This document shows, one piece after another, positions 26,902 to 39,063 of a DNA stretch of 64,000 nt. The notes beneath the pieces are model-generated. The model was given only the letters and a program-made list of their open reading frames with translations. It had not been told where the DNA came from and did no database searches. Within the stretch, counting starts at the first letter, position 1, and each line of letters begins with the position of its first letter. A program made the position numbers and the translations under genes. Source of the DNA: Azolla caroliniana (taxonomy: Eukaryota > Plantae > Polypodiophyta); the NCBI GenBank assembly GCA_043228905.1, contig JBHGNT010000017.1, positions 5,518,001-5,582,000 of the forward strand. The letters are read 5' to 3'.

Positions 26902-29629
26902 CTACACGAGTAACACAGCATTGATGCAGCCATCATTCTCAGGGTTATTGGTCACCTGTGCATACTTACCTGCAAAGAGAATTTTTTTAAAATACTATTA
27001 GAGATTGACAAGGTGGTCTATAAATGCTTTTAATGAAATTTATGAATAAAGAAACCATCAGCATTCTCTCCATTCAAAACGGTAATAAAAAAATTATATA
27101 AATGTTCCAAATGAAAGTTATGACATCTATAAGATTATAAAACAAACAGAATGAAGAAAACCATCAGCATTCTCTCCCTCCAATCACTTACCCCACACCA
27201 CTTTACCCGCTGGAGTTACCAGACCAAGCTCACTCACATTCACCTGCAGCACAACAAACAGTATAAGAATATCCGATTTCAGCCTTCCATTTAAATCAAT
27301 CATCCAAGTTCTAGTCTGCACTTTGAAATAAATACGACTACCCACCTACCAAAAGCAAGTAAGTTTATGAAAAGTTCTAGCAAAAACAAGTAAGCTCACC
27401 CAAGTTCTCATCTTAACACAAAACAATCCATACTACATACTAATTATGATTACCTCTATAACTGTTCCTCTTGTCATTACACCAAGAGAGGTGTACATCG
27501 GACCATTCGGGTTCTTTTTAACCCCAATTATATCCAAATTGAATGTGCATTTCAGTTCTGGATGAGTCACATGTGCTTTGGTGAATCGCAGACCAGAAGG
27601 TCTTATGAAGCGTTCATACTTTGGTGGTTTCCTTGTGAAACCAGGACCAACAAAGGTGGCTTTAGTGACCATACGTTTCCATTGTTTAGCTGCAAATTAT
27701 AACATTCAAATTATCAGTCACATGCTTCTAGCATTCACACAAGTTTATCAGTTCATGTGCCATACTAGCATTACCATAGATGTTTAATATAAACACACTT
27801 ACTTTTTCGCTTCCCAGAACGTATGACTTTGAACATTTCATCTTCTGCAACAGGTCGAACCTACAATAAATTCTGAATTATCTTATCTATCAAAGAAAGG
27901 AAGAAAGAAGGATATATGAATGTCTCTTAATAGTCCAAAACAGTCTATGAGACCAAACAGAAGATAACATCTGAAAATGTTTTCTCATCTTGGAGAATAA
28001 ACTAAAATCAATGAAACTGCCTGAGATACCAAAGTAGTTATTAGTGGAGAAAAGTACTGAAATGTTTAAAGCAACAGAATTTACAGAAGTTTTTCAAAAT
28101 TACTGATATGCTTGGTCAGAGTCAAATCTCCTAATTATATGAGAATTAAGATTAAACACATAATGGAAGGGCATAAGATATTTCTAGAAAATATATTAGC
28201 TTAATCCATCTATGAAGTATATTTAAGGGAAATCCTTTAGGTTAATGTGCTTACCAATATTGATTAATAAAACATCTAACTTGAAGCTGTTTCTAATCAA
28301 GTTAATAATTAAACAAAGCCCTTTCTAGTTTTCCTAATTAATGTAACCCAGGTCCACAGTATATGGTTAATTAATGAATTAACCTTCTATTCCTCTCAAT
28401 TAGTGCATGCCAACTTTCTAATTAGCATATTGACTTCTAATTTGACCAATTAAGAAATGCCTACATTCAAATTTGAGAACTTCAAGTCTAAATCTATCTA
28501 TTAACAAAATTCATTTCCCACATCACATATGGTATAAATATATGCCTAATCTTCACATTCATGCAATTCCAAGAATAGTATGATTTTTGAAAATAAAGAA
28601 ATGCACTTTGATCATTTCTGTAACTCAAGAATATTTTGGTAATTTTCCCCTATATAATGTCATACGGATAGGATGTAGATAAATGGAGTAAAGAAAATTC
28701 ATACCTTTGGCAAGGGAACCTCCCATTTTCCAGCTTTCTCTTTCCTTTTTTGCTTGATTGTATTGCTCAGAACCTAAAACAGGTAATAATAAAAACACAA
28801 ATTTCCAAATGGTCAGACAAAGGAGAAAAACAAGAACTAAAGGCAATGTCTATTAGAATTTTACTTTTGCTCTCGTTGTAACATCACGGTCAAGTAGATA
28901 TGCAGGCACTGCTCCTTCCTGAACATTATCATCAACTTTCCTTCGGCTAGCCTTCTCACTATGCATAGCAAGACTGAATTGCACAAGCACAAAAAAATGA
29001 ACAAAGTTAAATGACAAGAACTAACAATCCTATCATCATCCATTTTCAAAATGCAATTTCACACTTACGTCTTCTTCATTAGAGCCTTCTCTGCATAACG
29101 CTTTTTCGCGAACATCTTGCCTTTGATACCCAGTGCCTGTAATCAACAAACTTCTAAGCGTACGAGGTATAGTTTCTTTTCATCTCTAATATGACCGCAA
29201 TCGTATAAGCTTGAGTAATAACCTTCAGATGACACTAAAGGTAAAAATGAAGATGCAATCTATGTTCTTTAGCCTCGGCATTATCGTAAGGGTAAAAATG
29301 AAGTACTTATAACCATTCAAAGACAAAAGATTATTTCAATGAACAATGAGCTGTTTTGCTTATTTCAAGGAAGCAATTGCTGCAAGCAAGAGTGGGCAGA
29401 AAAACCTGAGTGCCGCTATGACAGTGAAGGTTTCTTTTCCCTAAGTCAAGCATTGCAATCCTCAATATAATACTCATCTTTCTAGTTCTCTCCCTCCCTC
29501 TCCCAACATCCCAGTCTCACTACCAGCCATTCATGTATGACCCAAGCAAAATTGGTGGTTCATCCCACGTGCACAGACACGACATCATCTTCTCCCAGAG
29601 TGTGGGGTCATTCAGGTAGCACGATTTTT

Positions 29630-29665
<36 letters not shown>

Positions 29666-29980
29666 AAACACACACACACAAAGAAGAAGAAGAAGATGAT
29701 GATGATGATGATGATGAAGAAAGACCTACCTTCTGAGCAAACTCAGAGCGTTTGTGGACAGCTCTAGCATCTCTTTTACGTTTCCTTTCGAAGTAGTCTG
29801 GACGATACCCATGGCGCTTGCGGTGAAGCTCGATGTGATCTCCCTGAGGCTGCAAGAGACAGGAAGAAGGAAACGCATCAGATCAGAAGAAGAGGATGAA
29901 GATGACGAGAAGAAAAACCTAGGGTTTAAGGTTCAAAAGCCGTGAAGAAATGATACAATAATGCACAGACACAGACACAG

Positions 29981-30023
<43 letters not shown>

Positions 30024-30033
30024 CCATTACCAT
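26902..30033 (-). CDS. NSA2: Ribosome biogenesis protein NSA2; multi-exon, first coding exon is ATG only
   Basis: Exons: 30033-30031 (ATG|gtaatg), 29849-29730, 29136-29069, 28973-28865, 28773-28705, 27860-27803, 27689-27454, 27243-27192, 26969-26902 (TAG). Protein reads [15 protein letters not shown]...[14 protein letters not shown]...[17 protein letters not shown]...[22 protein letters not shown]. Confidence 0.97.
29920..29927 (-). promoter_or_regulatory. Telo-box (AAACCCTA) in NSA2 intron 1
   Basis: tagggttt on the + strand; telo-boxes are typical near the 5' ends of plant ribosomal-protein and ribosome-biogenesis genes. Confidence 0.55.
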
Positions 30034-30044
30034 GTTTGTCTGTC

Positions 30045-30080
<36 letters not shown>

Positions 30081-30150
30081 TTCTCTGCGTTTTTATATGG
30101 GGTGTGTGTGTTAGAGAGAGAGAAATGGAGTATATATATATATATATACA
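29964..30150. repeat. Microsatellite cluster: (CACAGA)n, (GA)n, (TA)n around the NSA2 start
   Basis: Directly visible. Confidence 0.9.
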
Positions 30151-30625
30151 TATTATGTATATATTTACGAAAAAAGAAAAGAAATGGAGTAAATATGTAT
30201 GTATGTATATAATAGAGAGGTGGGTAAAATTGGGTTTCGAACCCAAGACATATATACATAGTGGCTTGTAGTGTAGCCAACTTCCCACTATAGGGTAAGC
30301 TAATTACAATAAAAGAGAGACAACATAGAGAGAACTGTGAATGAAGGAAATGAATGTTGTGTGAATAAATAATTATTATACATATATGGAGGTGATGTTT
30401 AGTTTTCTAGGTTTTACATACCGGATGAAAAAAAGAGCATCTCCTACAATATTTGCTACTTGCGACCCGAATTTCCGTGCTGCTCCTCACTATCTTTGTT
30501 GGTAGGGTAGGGTAGATGTCAGTCGGTGCATGCTTGAGGATGTGAGAGGTAGTGGGCGGCGGCCGAGGAGGGCCCATTAGCACCGTGAATTGTTGAAGTG
30601 TAGAGAGTGTATTGTCCACATTGAG

Positions 30626-31019
30626 AACAATCGGCAACGGTTCGGTCCAGTTTGAGAGTGTCAACACCGAAGCTTTTAAAATTTTCAAAACTTGAACTGA
30701 ATTGAACCATGAAACCATTTTAAAAAATTCCAAACTGTTAAAACCACAATTTCGTGGTTCGGTTTCGGTTTTCAACTTAGGTCAAAAATTTAAAATTTAA
30801 AATTTAAAATTTAAAATTTAAAATTTAAAATATTTAAAGATTCTCCTCAAATGTGAGAACTAGGCTTAAAAATGAAAAGATTGTTTTTTTTTTAAATTAT
30901 TTAAAAATAAATAAAATAAACCATTAAACCGTTGAAACCGAACCGAACCGAACCATTTAAACCGTTAAGCCACAATTTCATGGTTCAGTTCGGTTCAAAC
31001 ATAACTGTTGCCGACTGTT
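30626..31019. mobile_element. Non-autonomous TIR element (MITE) with AACCG-rich subterminal repeats
   Basis: TIRs aacaatcggcaacggtt / aactgttgccgactgtt (15/17 match); many aaaccg/gaaccg motifs in both orientations; (TTTAAAA)n core; flanks ccacattgag / acacatttag resemble a decayed 9-10 bp TSD. Confidence 0.7.
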
Positions 31020-31396
31020 ACACATTTAGCGTGGCAGGCTTGGAAAAACTCTATTAGGTCACCCCTTGTGCTTAATGGCATCTTATGGTGAACTTCCTAG
31101 GTGGTTGTCGCCCCAACGGTGGACCTCCTTATCAACCATTATCACAAACCCCCACTTCATAAGGTGACGACAAGATGATATAGCCTACTTTCAAATACTT
31201 TATCAAAGTTGTCATTAGAGTTGTTGTCCTAATGATTGTTTATTGTTATTGTGGTGGTGTCTCAACATCTTATTGCTTTGGAGTAGGCTCAAATTTGTCC
31301 GCTTGAAGTGCATTTACCAATGATTTACATCCTACACCTAGATTTTAGGTTGCGGCCCACAAATTAGGGATTGGGGTCATTTGAGATGAATTGAGG

Positions 31397-31857
31397 TGTC
31401 ATGGTGTGGGGAAGGGGGAAAAAAGGTTATTTGGTAGAATGTGGGTGGTCCACTATGGGATACGTGCTCTTAATTAGATCATTGGTTTGTGTAGTGAGTT
31501 AAGAAGGGCAATTTGCTAGAATATGTAAGTAGAGAGTACATTATATTTGTACGGAACATTTGTTATTACTTGGAACATGTTTGATAAATGTATATCTTCG
31601 AGAGGCATTGCTTCTCCTCTCCCGCTTTGTTCCGCGTGTTTCTACATGAGTCTGTGAGCTCGTGTGCTCATTTTTGGAATCCGGCGATAGGGCCAGATCA
31701 GATACGGTTCTCTGTGCCCGTGTGCTCAGTGAAGAACTCCGGCAAATGAGTCAGTTAGGTCACTACAAGCTTAGTCGCCTCTCTGCTTCCGACTCCCTAG
31801 TCCAAGACCCCCACCCCTCCTGCCCAATTCGACACGTACACGCTGATATCCGCGACA
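31397..31857 (+). mobile_element. Probable solo LTR related to the tRNA-Trp-primed family at 39309-44086
   Basis: The 3' end (actccctagtccaagacccc...acacgtac...cgcgaca) resembles that LTR's end (actccctagtccgagacccc...acacgtac...cgcgaca); the start TGTCATGG fits a CpG-decayed TGTCGCGG; left boundary uncertain and no TSD. Confidence 0.6.
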
Positions 31858-32561
31858 ACGTTCAACGAAGATGTCTACGAAGGGGAGTGACTTCTTATCT
31901 GAAGTGTTGCTCCCTCTTGGAAAACACCTTTGATTACCCCTCCTGAGTAATCGGGTCAAGGTATTGTGGTGTGAAGGAGAGTCATGGTCACGACGTACTA
32001 TTGAGATCGTTAATCGGGTCGTTATAGAGAATGTGAGTTCTTGGGGCCCGTGATCGTTAGTTAGACTGTCCCATTTGGGGTAGGATCACGATCGGGGATT
32101 AAGAGGGATATGTTGTGGGACTGGCTACAACCGATCCATATTATGTCCTTTACACACACTGAACATTATATTGATATATGAAATAGAGATGAGACAGAAC
32201 ACGGAAGTTGCCCACAAAGCATATGTATATATATTCAATTAACGTGTAGCTTACAAATAGAAGTACTGAGTATATTCGGTAAAACACTTACTCACTCTCT
32301 ATTAGTCTATTCCTAACGTAGTCCTCTAGGTCCCTATGTGTGTTTTTTTGTGTTTGCTAATCCCCGATATGTATAGCTTCCTTCTGCTTGGTACTTTCCA
32401 CCCGTTCCTTCCTTGATATTTGGCTTGCCTTGTTCAACTATTAGTGCTTGGCTCCTTTTGATACGTTTCACACTTGTTACATCTGTCCCACCAAGTAACA
32501 CCGTGTGGGACAATGCCTTGCATTTTAAACCACAGAACTCGAAAAAGAATCGAAAAACTCG

Positions 32562-32776
32562 AAAATCACAAAAAATCGAAAGAATCTGATTCAATTGATA
32601 ATATACATTATGCTTCTTCCAAGATGTGCAAGATGCTTGCTGACTGCTGCAAGTCATCTGCTTGATAATATACAAAAATCACAAAAAATTGAAAGAATCT
32701 GATTCAATTGATAATATACATTATGCTTCTTCCAAGATGTGCAAGATGCTTGCTGACTGCTGCAAGTCATCTGCTT
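32562..32776 (+). repeat. 102-bp direct duplication with an 11-bp filler
   Basis: Copies at 32562-32663 and 32675-32776 differ by one base; the filler gataatataca is copied from inside the unit. Confidence 0.9.
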
Positions 32777-33607
32777 TGTCCACAAAATCGGCCAAGTGTT
32801 CGGTCCGTGTCACTTACCCTCGGTTGCTCAACTGGCTGTGTGTCTGTTGTGGTCCGCAGGACTGGTTCGTTCATTGCATTGCCTAGGTCAGGGTGTTGGT
32901 CTATCGAGTCTCCGTGCTCATGTTCCTCGCGTATCTGCTCCTCGTCTCCTCGTGTTGGCACTGGCTCGACTGTGCTCTCTCGGGGGGTTTATTCTTCGTC
33001 GTTTGTTGGAGCCTCGGTTGTTGTTTCGTCTTGGAGCCGTTCCCATTCGCAACGCTCTAAGTCGAGGGAGAATTGTAGCTACTCATCCTCGAAGTCATGG
33101 AAAAGTTTCTTGACTTCCTTGCTGTGTGTCTGGGCGAGGGAGGAGAATTCCTCGGTGAGGTCTTCTCGGAGCAGTTGGATGTTGTTCTCATCCATCTTGT
33201 AAAATCCTCGACCCTCCTTTTGACGATTCTCATGATCAGCACGGAATATTTGCAATTCGGCCGCTTGGGCTGACCATGTGTTCCATCCGTGCGATAGAGC
33301 TTCGTCAATCCGCGAGTACAAGCATTGCCGATGCTTGGTTATTAAAGCTTTAATCTGAATTTGTCTCGTCTCGCTATTGGCATAAAAGACCGACTCCTTC
33401 CAATTTGTATCCTAGTGTGAACTCGTCCAAAGAGTTAGGGCTTAGTATATAAGCAATAACCTAACGGTGAAAAAGAGTGAGAACCTCTTGATCATCTTAT
33501 ATAGCGATCTCAGAGAGAGAGAACGAATGCAATAACAAAGCTTCCATTAAAGCTTAAACCATGTCGATCTTCTGTTATATCTCATTGCCTCCATTCTGTG
33601 TAGTTTG
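32770..33607 (-). pseudogene. Decayed spliced ORF of unknown family (charged, probably helical), possibly TE-borne
   Basis: In-frame exons 33607-33485 and 33411 onward are joined by a GT-AG intron (33484-33412) containing a CTAAC branch point; scattered stops are explicable as C>T changes from CAA/CAG/CGA. Confidence 0.5.
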
Positions 33608-33647
33608 CTGAACACATACGACAAGTCCTCACACACACATACGTTTC

Positions 33648-34035
33648 TGAGAAATGTTATGTGCGGAAGCTATATGAAACATAGAATACCAACAGGAAAA
33701 AAAAAAGGTTTAATGGAGAGCTTAAGACACAATGTACGCAGGAGAGACAGAGAGGGAAAAAAACAGAAAAACTGAATTCGAATAATGTGTAAAACTCTGT
33801 ACATAGGATGTGCTTAGAGAGCACTTTTATACAAGTCCATACAGACTGACAAAAGTACTGACACGTACTTCAATGCTCATAACTAAGCTCCTACACTAAC
33901 TCCCAAATATATTCCCTCGCGGAATATCTGTTCAACGGCCTCCCGGTTTCTGCACCGATCCAGCCTCTTGTTGCGCACCGGTTTACGCATTGGTTTACGC
34001 ACCGATCCGGCCAATGTTGAGCTTGTATCTCAACA
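33648..34035 (-). repeat. 3' LTR of the copia element (388 bp)
   Basis: Starts TGTTGAGATACAAGCTCAAC right after the PPT and ends gcttccgcac...tctCA; homologous to the LTR at 62866-63250. Confidence 0.8.
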
Positions 34036-37000
34036 CTCCCCCTCAATCTCAACTTGAGGCTCTTCCGGTCCTTCGCTCCGGTTTCTCTTGACTTCACGCC
34101 TTGCTCGCGCTCCTCGACCCTTACAGTCTGCTTGTCTGCTTGTGCGGCCTTTTCCAGCTCCCTTGCTGTCATAGTGTTGGCGCCTCTTTTGCTGCCATTT
34201 CTTCCGCTTGGCCTTCAGTTGATTTGGTGTCTCCAAATCAAACATCTGAGCCGAATCATCTGTCTCCGATTCATCTCCGCTTTTGTCTGAATTGGCTGTC
34301 TCCAATTCGTCCTCAATTTTGGCCTTCTCGCCCTTGTTGGCTTCATCTCCCCCATGCTACTCTTCCTTTCAGCTATTGCCCTCTCGTCCACTTCTAGACT
34401 CTTCCACGGATCCACCTTCGGCTTCTTCAGCCGACACTAAATCGAATTCGTCATCCGATTTGGTGTCGCGGTCACTTCTGCTCCTTTCCTACTCCTCTCC
34501 GTGGTCATGCAACACTTTTCTCCCCCTCAAGTTCGGCATGCCGAGGTGCCGCAACCCAAGCGCACCCGAGAATTGCCGCAACTTGTCTAGACCAAGGGGC
34601 TTGGTGAAGATGTCGACGTTCTACCGATCCATCAAAACATATTGAAGTTCGACTTCACCAGAGAGGACACGCTCGCGGACAAAGTGGTAGTGCACCTCAA
34701 TGTGCTTAGTCTAGGCGTGGAAGATGGGGTTCTTCGCAAGTTGGATATTGTTGAGGTTGTCACAGTAGATCGTTGTCGGACCGGACACCTCCACCTTAAG
34801 ATCCTTAAGTAGCTGCTTCAGCCATATGGCTTTGCATGTTGCGACAACCGCTCCTCGATACTCAGCCTCTGTGCTCGATAGTGCAACTGTCGGCTGCTTC
34901 TTGCTACTCCACGTGATCGCGACGCTCCCAAGGGAGAACGCGAATCTGGATGTGGATCGGCGATCGCCGGAGTTTCCAGCCTAGTCAGCATCTGTATAGC
35001 TGACTAACTGCGTGACAGTACCGATCTGATATAGTAGTCCCCGGTCCTTAGTGCCACTGACGTACCTGAGTACAGGTTGCGCGCACTGAAGGTGCTCCTC
35101 GGTTGGTCGCGCCATGAACTGACTAATCATGTTGACCGGGTAACTAAGGTCCGGCCGGGTGATAGTCAAGTATATGAGGCTTACGACAATCTGTCAGAAC
35201 CTTTTCAGGTCGCAGACCTTTCCGAAGTCAGGGTGGAGCTTCATGGTTCTGTCCAGAGGAGTTGAGACGGACTTACAGTCTGCCATCTAGAACTTGAAGA
35301 GCATACTCAACACGTAATGTTGTTGGCTGATCAATATGCCTCTGGGGGTTCAAATCACTTCGATCCTGAGAAAGTAATGAACCCCAGGTTCTTCATATCA
35401 AATGATGCTGCAAGTTGGAGCTTTACATGGTCAATTTCACCTAGGTCGACGTCGGCGATGACCAGGTTGTCAACATAAAGTAAAATACTAACCGGCCCGA
35501 GTTGACCTTGCCGGACAAACAATGAAGAGTTCGATTTGGACATCGCAAATCCCATCCAACGCAATTGTTCCGTGATCTTCGCGATCCAGGCATGCCAATT
35601 CTTCAACCGGCATACCGCCGAAGTGTTCGTTTTGGAATGAAATCCGGGGGGTTGTACCATGTACACTTGTTCCTAAAGCTCACCTTGTAGGAACACATTC
35701 TTTACATCCATCTGATGTAAGTGCCACCCCTTCGCCGTAGCTACCGCAAGCAAAACACGGACGATTGTCATCTTTGTGACCGACGCAAACGTCTCATCGT
35801 AATCGATGTCGTGTTGCTGCGCGTAGCCTTTTGCTACTAATGGGGCCTTGTATCGGTTGACCGAGCCATCGGTGTTGTACTTGACCTTGTACACCCACCT
35901 ACATCCAATCGGCTTTACACCCTTGGCGGCGTCAACCAGGTCCCAGGTTTCATTCTCCGCAAGTGCATTCATCTCTTCCTCCATGGCGGCACGCCAATTC
36001 GTGTCCTTTGCCATTTCTGCGTAGCTCTCCGGCTCACGCACTTTTGCTACACGTGTCATGTACGCATAGTGATGCACCATGTACTTGTTGTATCTGAACC
36101 GCACGACAGGGTTCTTCTGGCGGGTAGATCAGCGTAATTGCTCATTTGCCGATGTTGAGGCCGTTTTGGCCGACGCGGGCTTCGCTCTTGAAGGCCCGTC
36201 ATCACTATTCTTGGAGTCGGATTCGCGTCGATCCGACTCGTCCCTATTCGTGCCATGCTCCGACATCTTCTTCTTTCCTTTTTCTTTGCGCATAAACCAT
36301 CTCTTCGGCTTCTTGCACGGGGAATGCACGACCGAGTCTCCACTACTCGCCGGCTCTTCATCTGACTGGTCAAACTGACTCAGTCGCTCATTCAGTCCAC
36401 TTAGCCGAAGTGAGATCAGACTCTCTTCAAGAGTTCTGACTTCACGTTCATTAGGAGACATCTCAATCTCACTGACCTCATCTCCAGAACTCCGACTGCA
36501 ACTGAGGTCCGGAGTCGGAGGCAAATACCAAGCGTAGACTCATCAAACACGACATCATGACTTATGCGAGCTTGTTTGGTTCGGGGGTTATAACACTTAT
36601 AACCCTTCTATTCATCCGAATAGCTGACGAAGATACCCTTCTCGGCTTTCGTGTCTAGCTTCCTCCGCTTCTCCTTCGGCACATGCACATACGCGATGCT
36701 ACCGAAAACCCTCAAGTGTCGTAGATTCGGCTTCCTTTTGAAATACAGCTCATGTGCCGACACTTTTTTTCCGATCCGATTCTGGATGTAGACCACGGTT
36801 CAGACCGCTTTGGCCCAATAGAACTTGGGCATGGTCTTTTCTTCCCGCATTGCCCGCGCTGCTTCCACCACCGACCGATTCTTCCTTTCGGCTACGTCGT
36901 TTTGCTCTGGCGTATACCTGCAACTGAATTCGCGCCGAATTCCCATTTGTTGCAGATAATTGTTGAATTGGCCGGAGAAGTACTCTTTCCCGCCATCTGA

Positions 37001-38643
37001 CTGTAGACACTTGATCTTCCTCCCTATTTCCCTTTCGGCAAGATTTTTGAGGTTCCGGAAATAGTCGAAGTCTTCACTCTTCTTTTCGATGAGGTAGATC
37101 CATGTGTGCCGGGTGTAGTCGTCGATGAAGGAGATGAAATATCGACTCCCCCCAAGACAGACGTTCTGTGTCGGTTCCCATACATTTGAATGTATCAAGT
37201 CGAGCTTATTTCAGCTCCAATTATGCTTGTTTGGGAAAGGAAGTCGGTGTTGCTTCCATAGTTGACAGGCTTCACAAATTTGGGCCCTACGACCACTAAA
37301 TTTTGGCAATCTGAACACAACTTGTTTTGATTGCAGGTCTTGAAGCCTTTGGTAGTTGATGTGGCCTATCCGCTTATGCCACAAGTCGATATCCGACTCA
37401 ATTTTTTGTCCTTTTGCGAACATGGAGGTGCCTACGTCATTAGTGTCGAGGATGAACATCCTCCCATCTCTGCGCCCTTGTGCAATAACTTGGCCTTCTT
37501 CCTCGATGAAGCACCCGGGATGTGTGAAACGGACTTGCATCCCCTGGTCGACGATATGTCCGATCGACACCAGATTCTTCGTAATTGTTGGGACGTGTAA
37601 CATGTTCATTAGCTTCCCTTTTTGCCCGACGTGGCTGAGGGGAACTTCACCGACATGTATGATCGGATGCAGAATGTTGTCTCTTGTTGAGACTACTCCC
37701 GGTTGTTCCAGTTTTCCATATATGAGAACCACTCTTTATGGCTCGTCATATGGTTTGACGCTCCGGAGACAACGTACCACACTTCATCCGATTTCGGTGT
37801 GGTCTTCTTCATCGAGTTCGCTTCATGTCTTGTCACGAAGGCTGTCCCCATTCCGACTTTTTCGGATCCTTCGGCGTAGTGCATCCATTGCCAATTTCCT
37901 TGTTTGGTCGGTCCAGATCCGGATCTGGTTTTCTTCGAATCGATGCGCTTCTTCCAACACTTGCTCTCATTGTGGCCTTTCTTGCCACAATACCAACATT
38001 CCGTGACTTGTTTCCCTTGCTGGTTCTCGTCGCCTCCTCAACTCCCCATGCTTCCGGAAGGTTCGGAATTGTTGCCGGCATCACCACAATGGCTTCTTCC
38101 TTGCTCCCGTCGACCGTCTCCATTGCGTGCCGACTCACCTCGTCCGCCACGACCACGGGGCCTATTTCCCTCCGTGTACAACATCTTGATGTCGGTGTGC
38201 GTACTTGTCGACGCACCCGTGTGATTCTCCTCTACAAGGAGCATCAACTGCAAGTCGAAAAATAACGACGTATTCTCCCTTGTACAAATAGTACTTTGGA
38301 ACTTCAACGCCAATCCTCTGAGGCAGATCTGCACCATTTCTCCTTCCTCAACGTTCACATCGATGGAGGCGAGGGAATCGCAGATATCCTTTATCTTGGA
38401 GGTGTAGTCAGCCACCGTCATGTCGCGTTGACACACATTGCTCAACTCCTGTCGGAGTTGGAGCTTCTTGGCTATGGTGGTTGTGGCAAAAATCTTTTTC
38501 AGATTTCCCGAAGCATCCTTCGGCGTTCTTACATCCCGAATTTAGCTCAAGAATTGTTCGCTCACACAGGACGCAACGCAGTAGAGAACTCTGCTCGCCG
38601 ACTGTTCCCAGGCCGGGAAGTCTCTGTGTGTCGATTCGGGTGC
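33648..38643 (-). mobile_element. Decayed Ty1/copia LTR retrotransposon; 3' LTR present, 5' end lost
   Basis: Order on the minus strand: gag (UBN2-like, CWYCGKKGHNESKC zinc knuckle), protease (WYVVSGASNHMT), LWHKRIGH/CEACQ, integrase (FIDDYTR, SDGGKEY, TPEQND), RT (WRAAMEEEM, HQMDVKNVFL, LYVDNL), RNase H (KHIEVHYHFVRE, DIFTKPL). PPT GAGGGGGAG at 34044-34036. Many stops and frameshifts. Confidence 0.95.
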
Positions 38644-39063
38644 TGTCATGATATGGCAAGACTCGAACCCATAACCTTATGCTACATGGGTCAAGCTCTT
38701 GACCATTAGACTATACATTGTAATACGTAGAATATTATTTTCATTTATGTTTTATTATAGAAAATTGATGCATATTCCAGATTTCTCTGGAACATTCTAG
38801 AAACTTAAGGAGTATTCCTTAGAACACTATAAAAGGAGGCACAAGGCATTATTTCGAACCAAATCGGTTCAACGCCAGTCTTAAGCCTCCTAGCTATTGG
38901 ACATTTTCTTCACATAATATATATCTTTTCTTATCATCACTCTCTCTCTCTCTCTCCCTCCCTCTCACTCACTCTTTCCTTCTCTCGAGAGTTCTTCACC
39001 TCTCTTAGTACTAATACTTCTTTTAGTACTAATTCCTTCTCTGTCTTAGTACTGTTCTTGATA
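38644..39063 (+). repeat. 5' LTR of the chromovirus (~420 bp; end inferred)
   Basis: First 127 bp match 48531-48657 with few mismatches; TATAAAA at 38828; end placed at CTTGATA (probably decayed CTTGACA) 2 nt before the putative primer site; alternative end GGACA at 38903. Confidence 0.65.

Noticed and set aside
29926-30288. ORFs of 79-120 aa near the NSA2 start
   Set aside because: Translations of microsatellites (SLSL, RERE, IYIY).
37356-38265. Plus-strand ORFs of 146-216 aa
   Set aside because: Antisense shadows of copia gag-pol.
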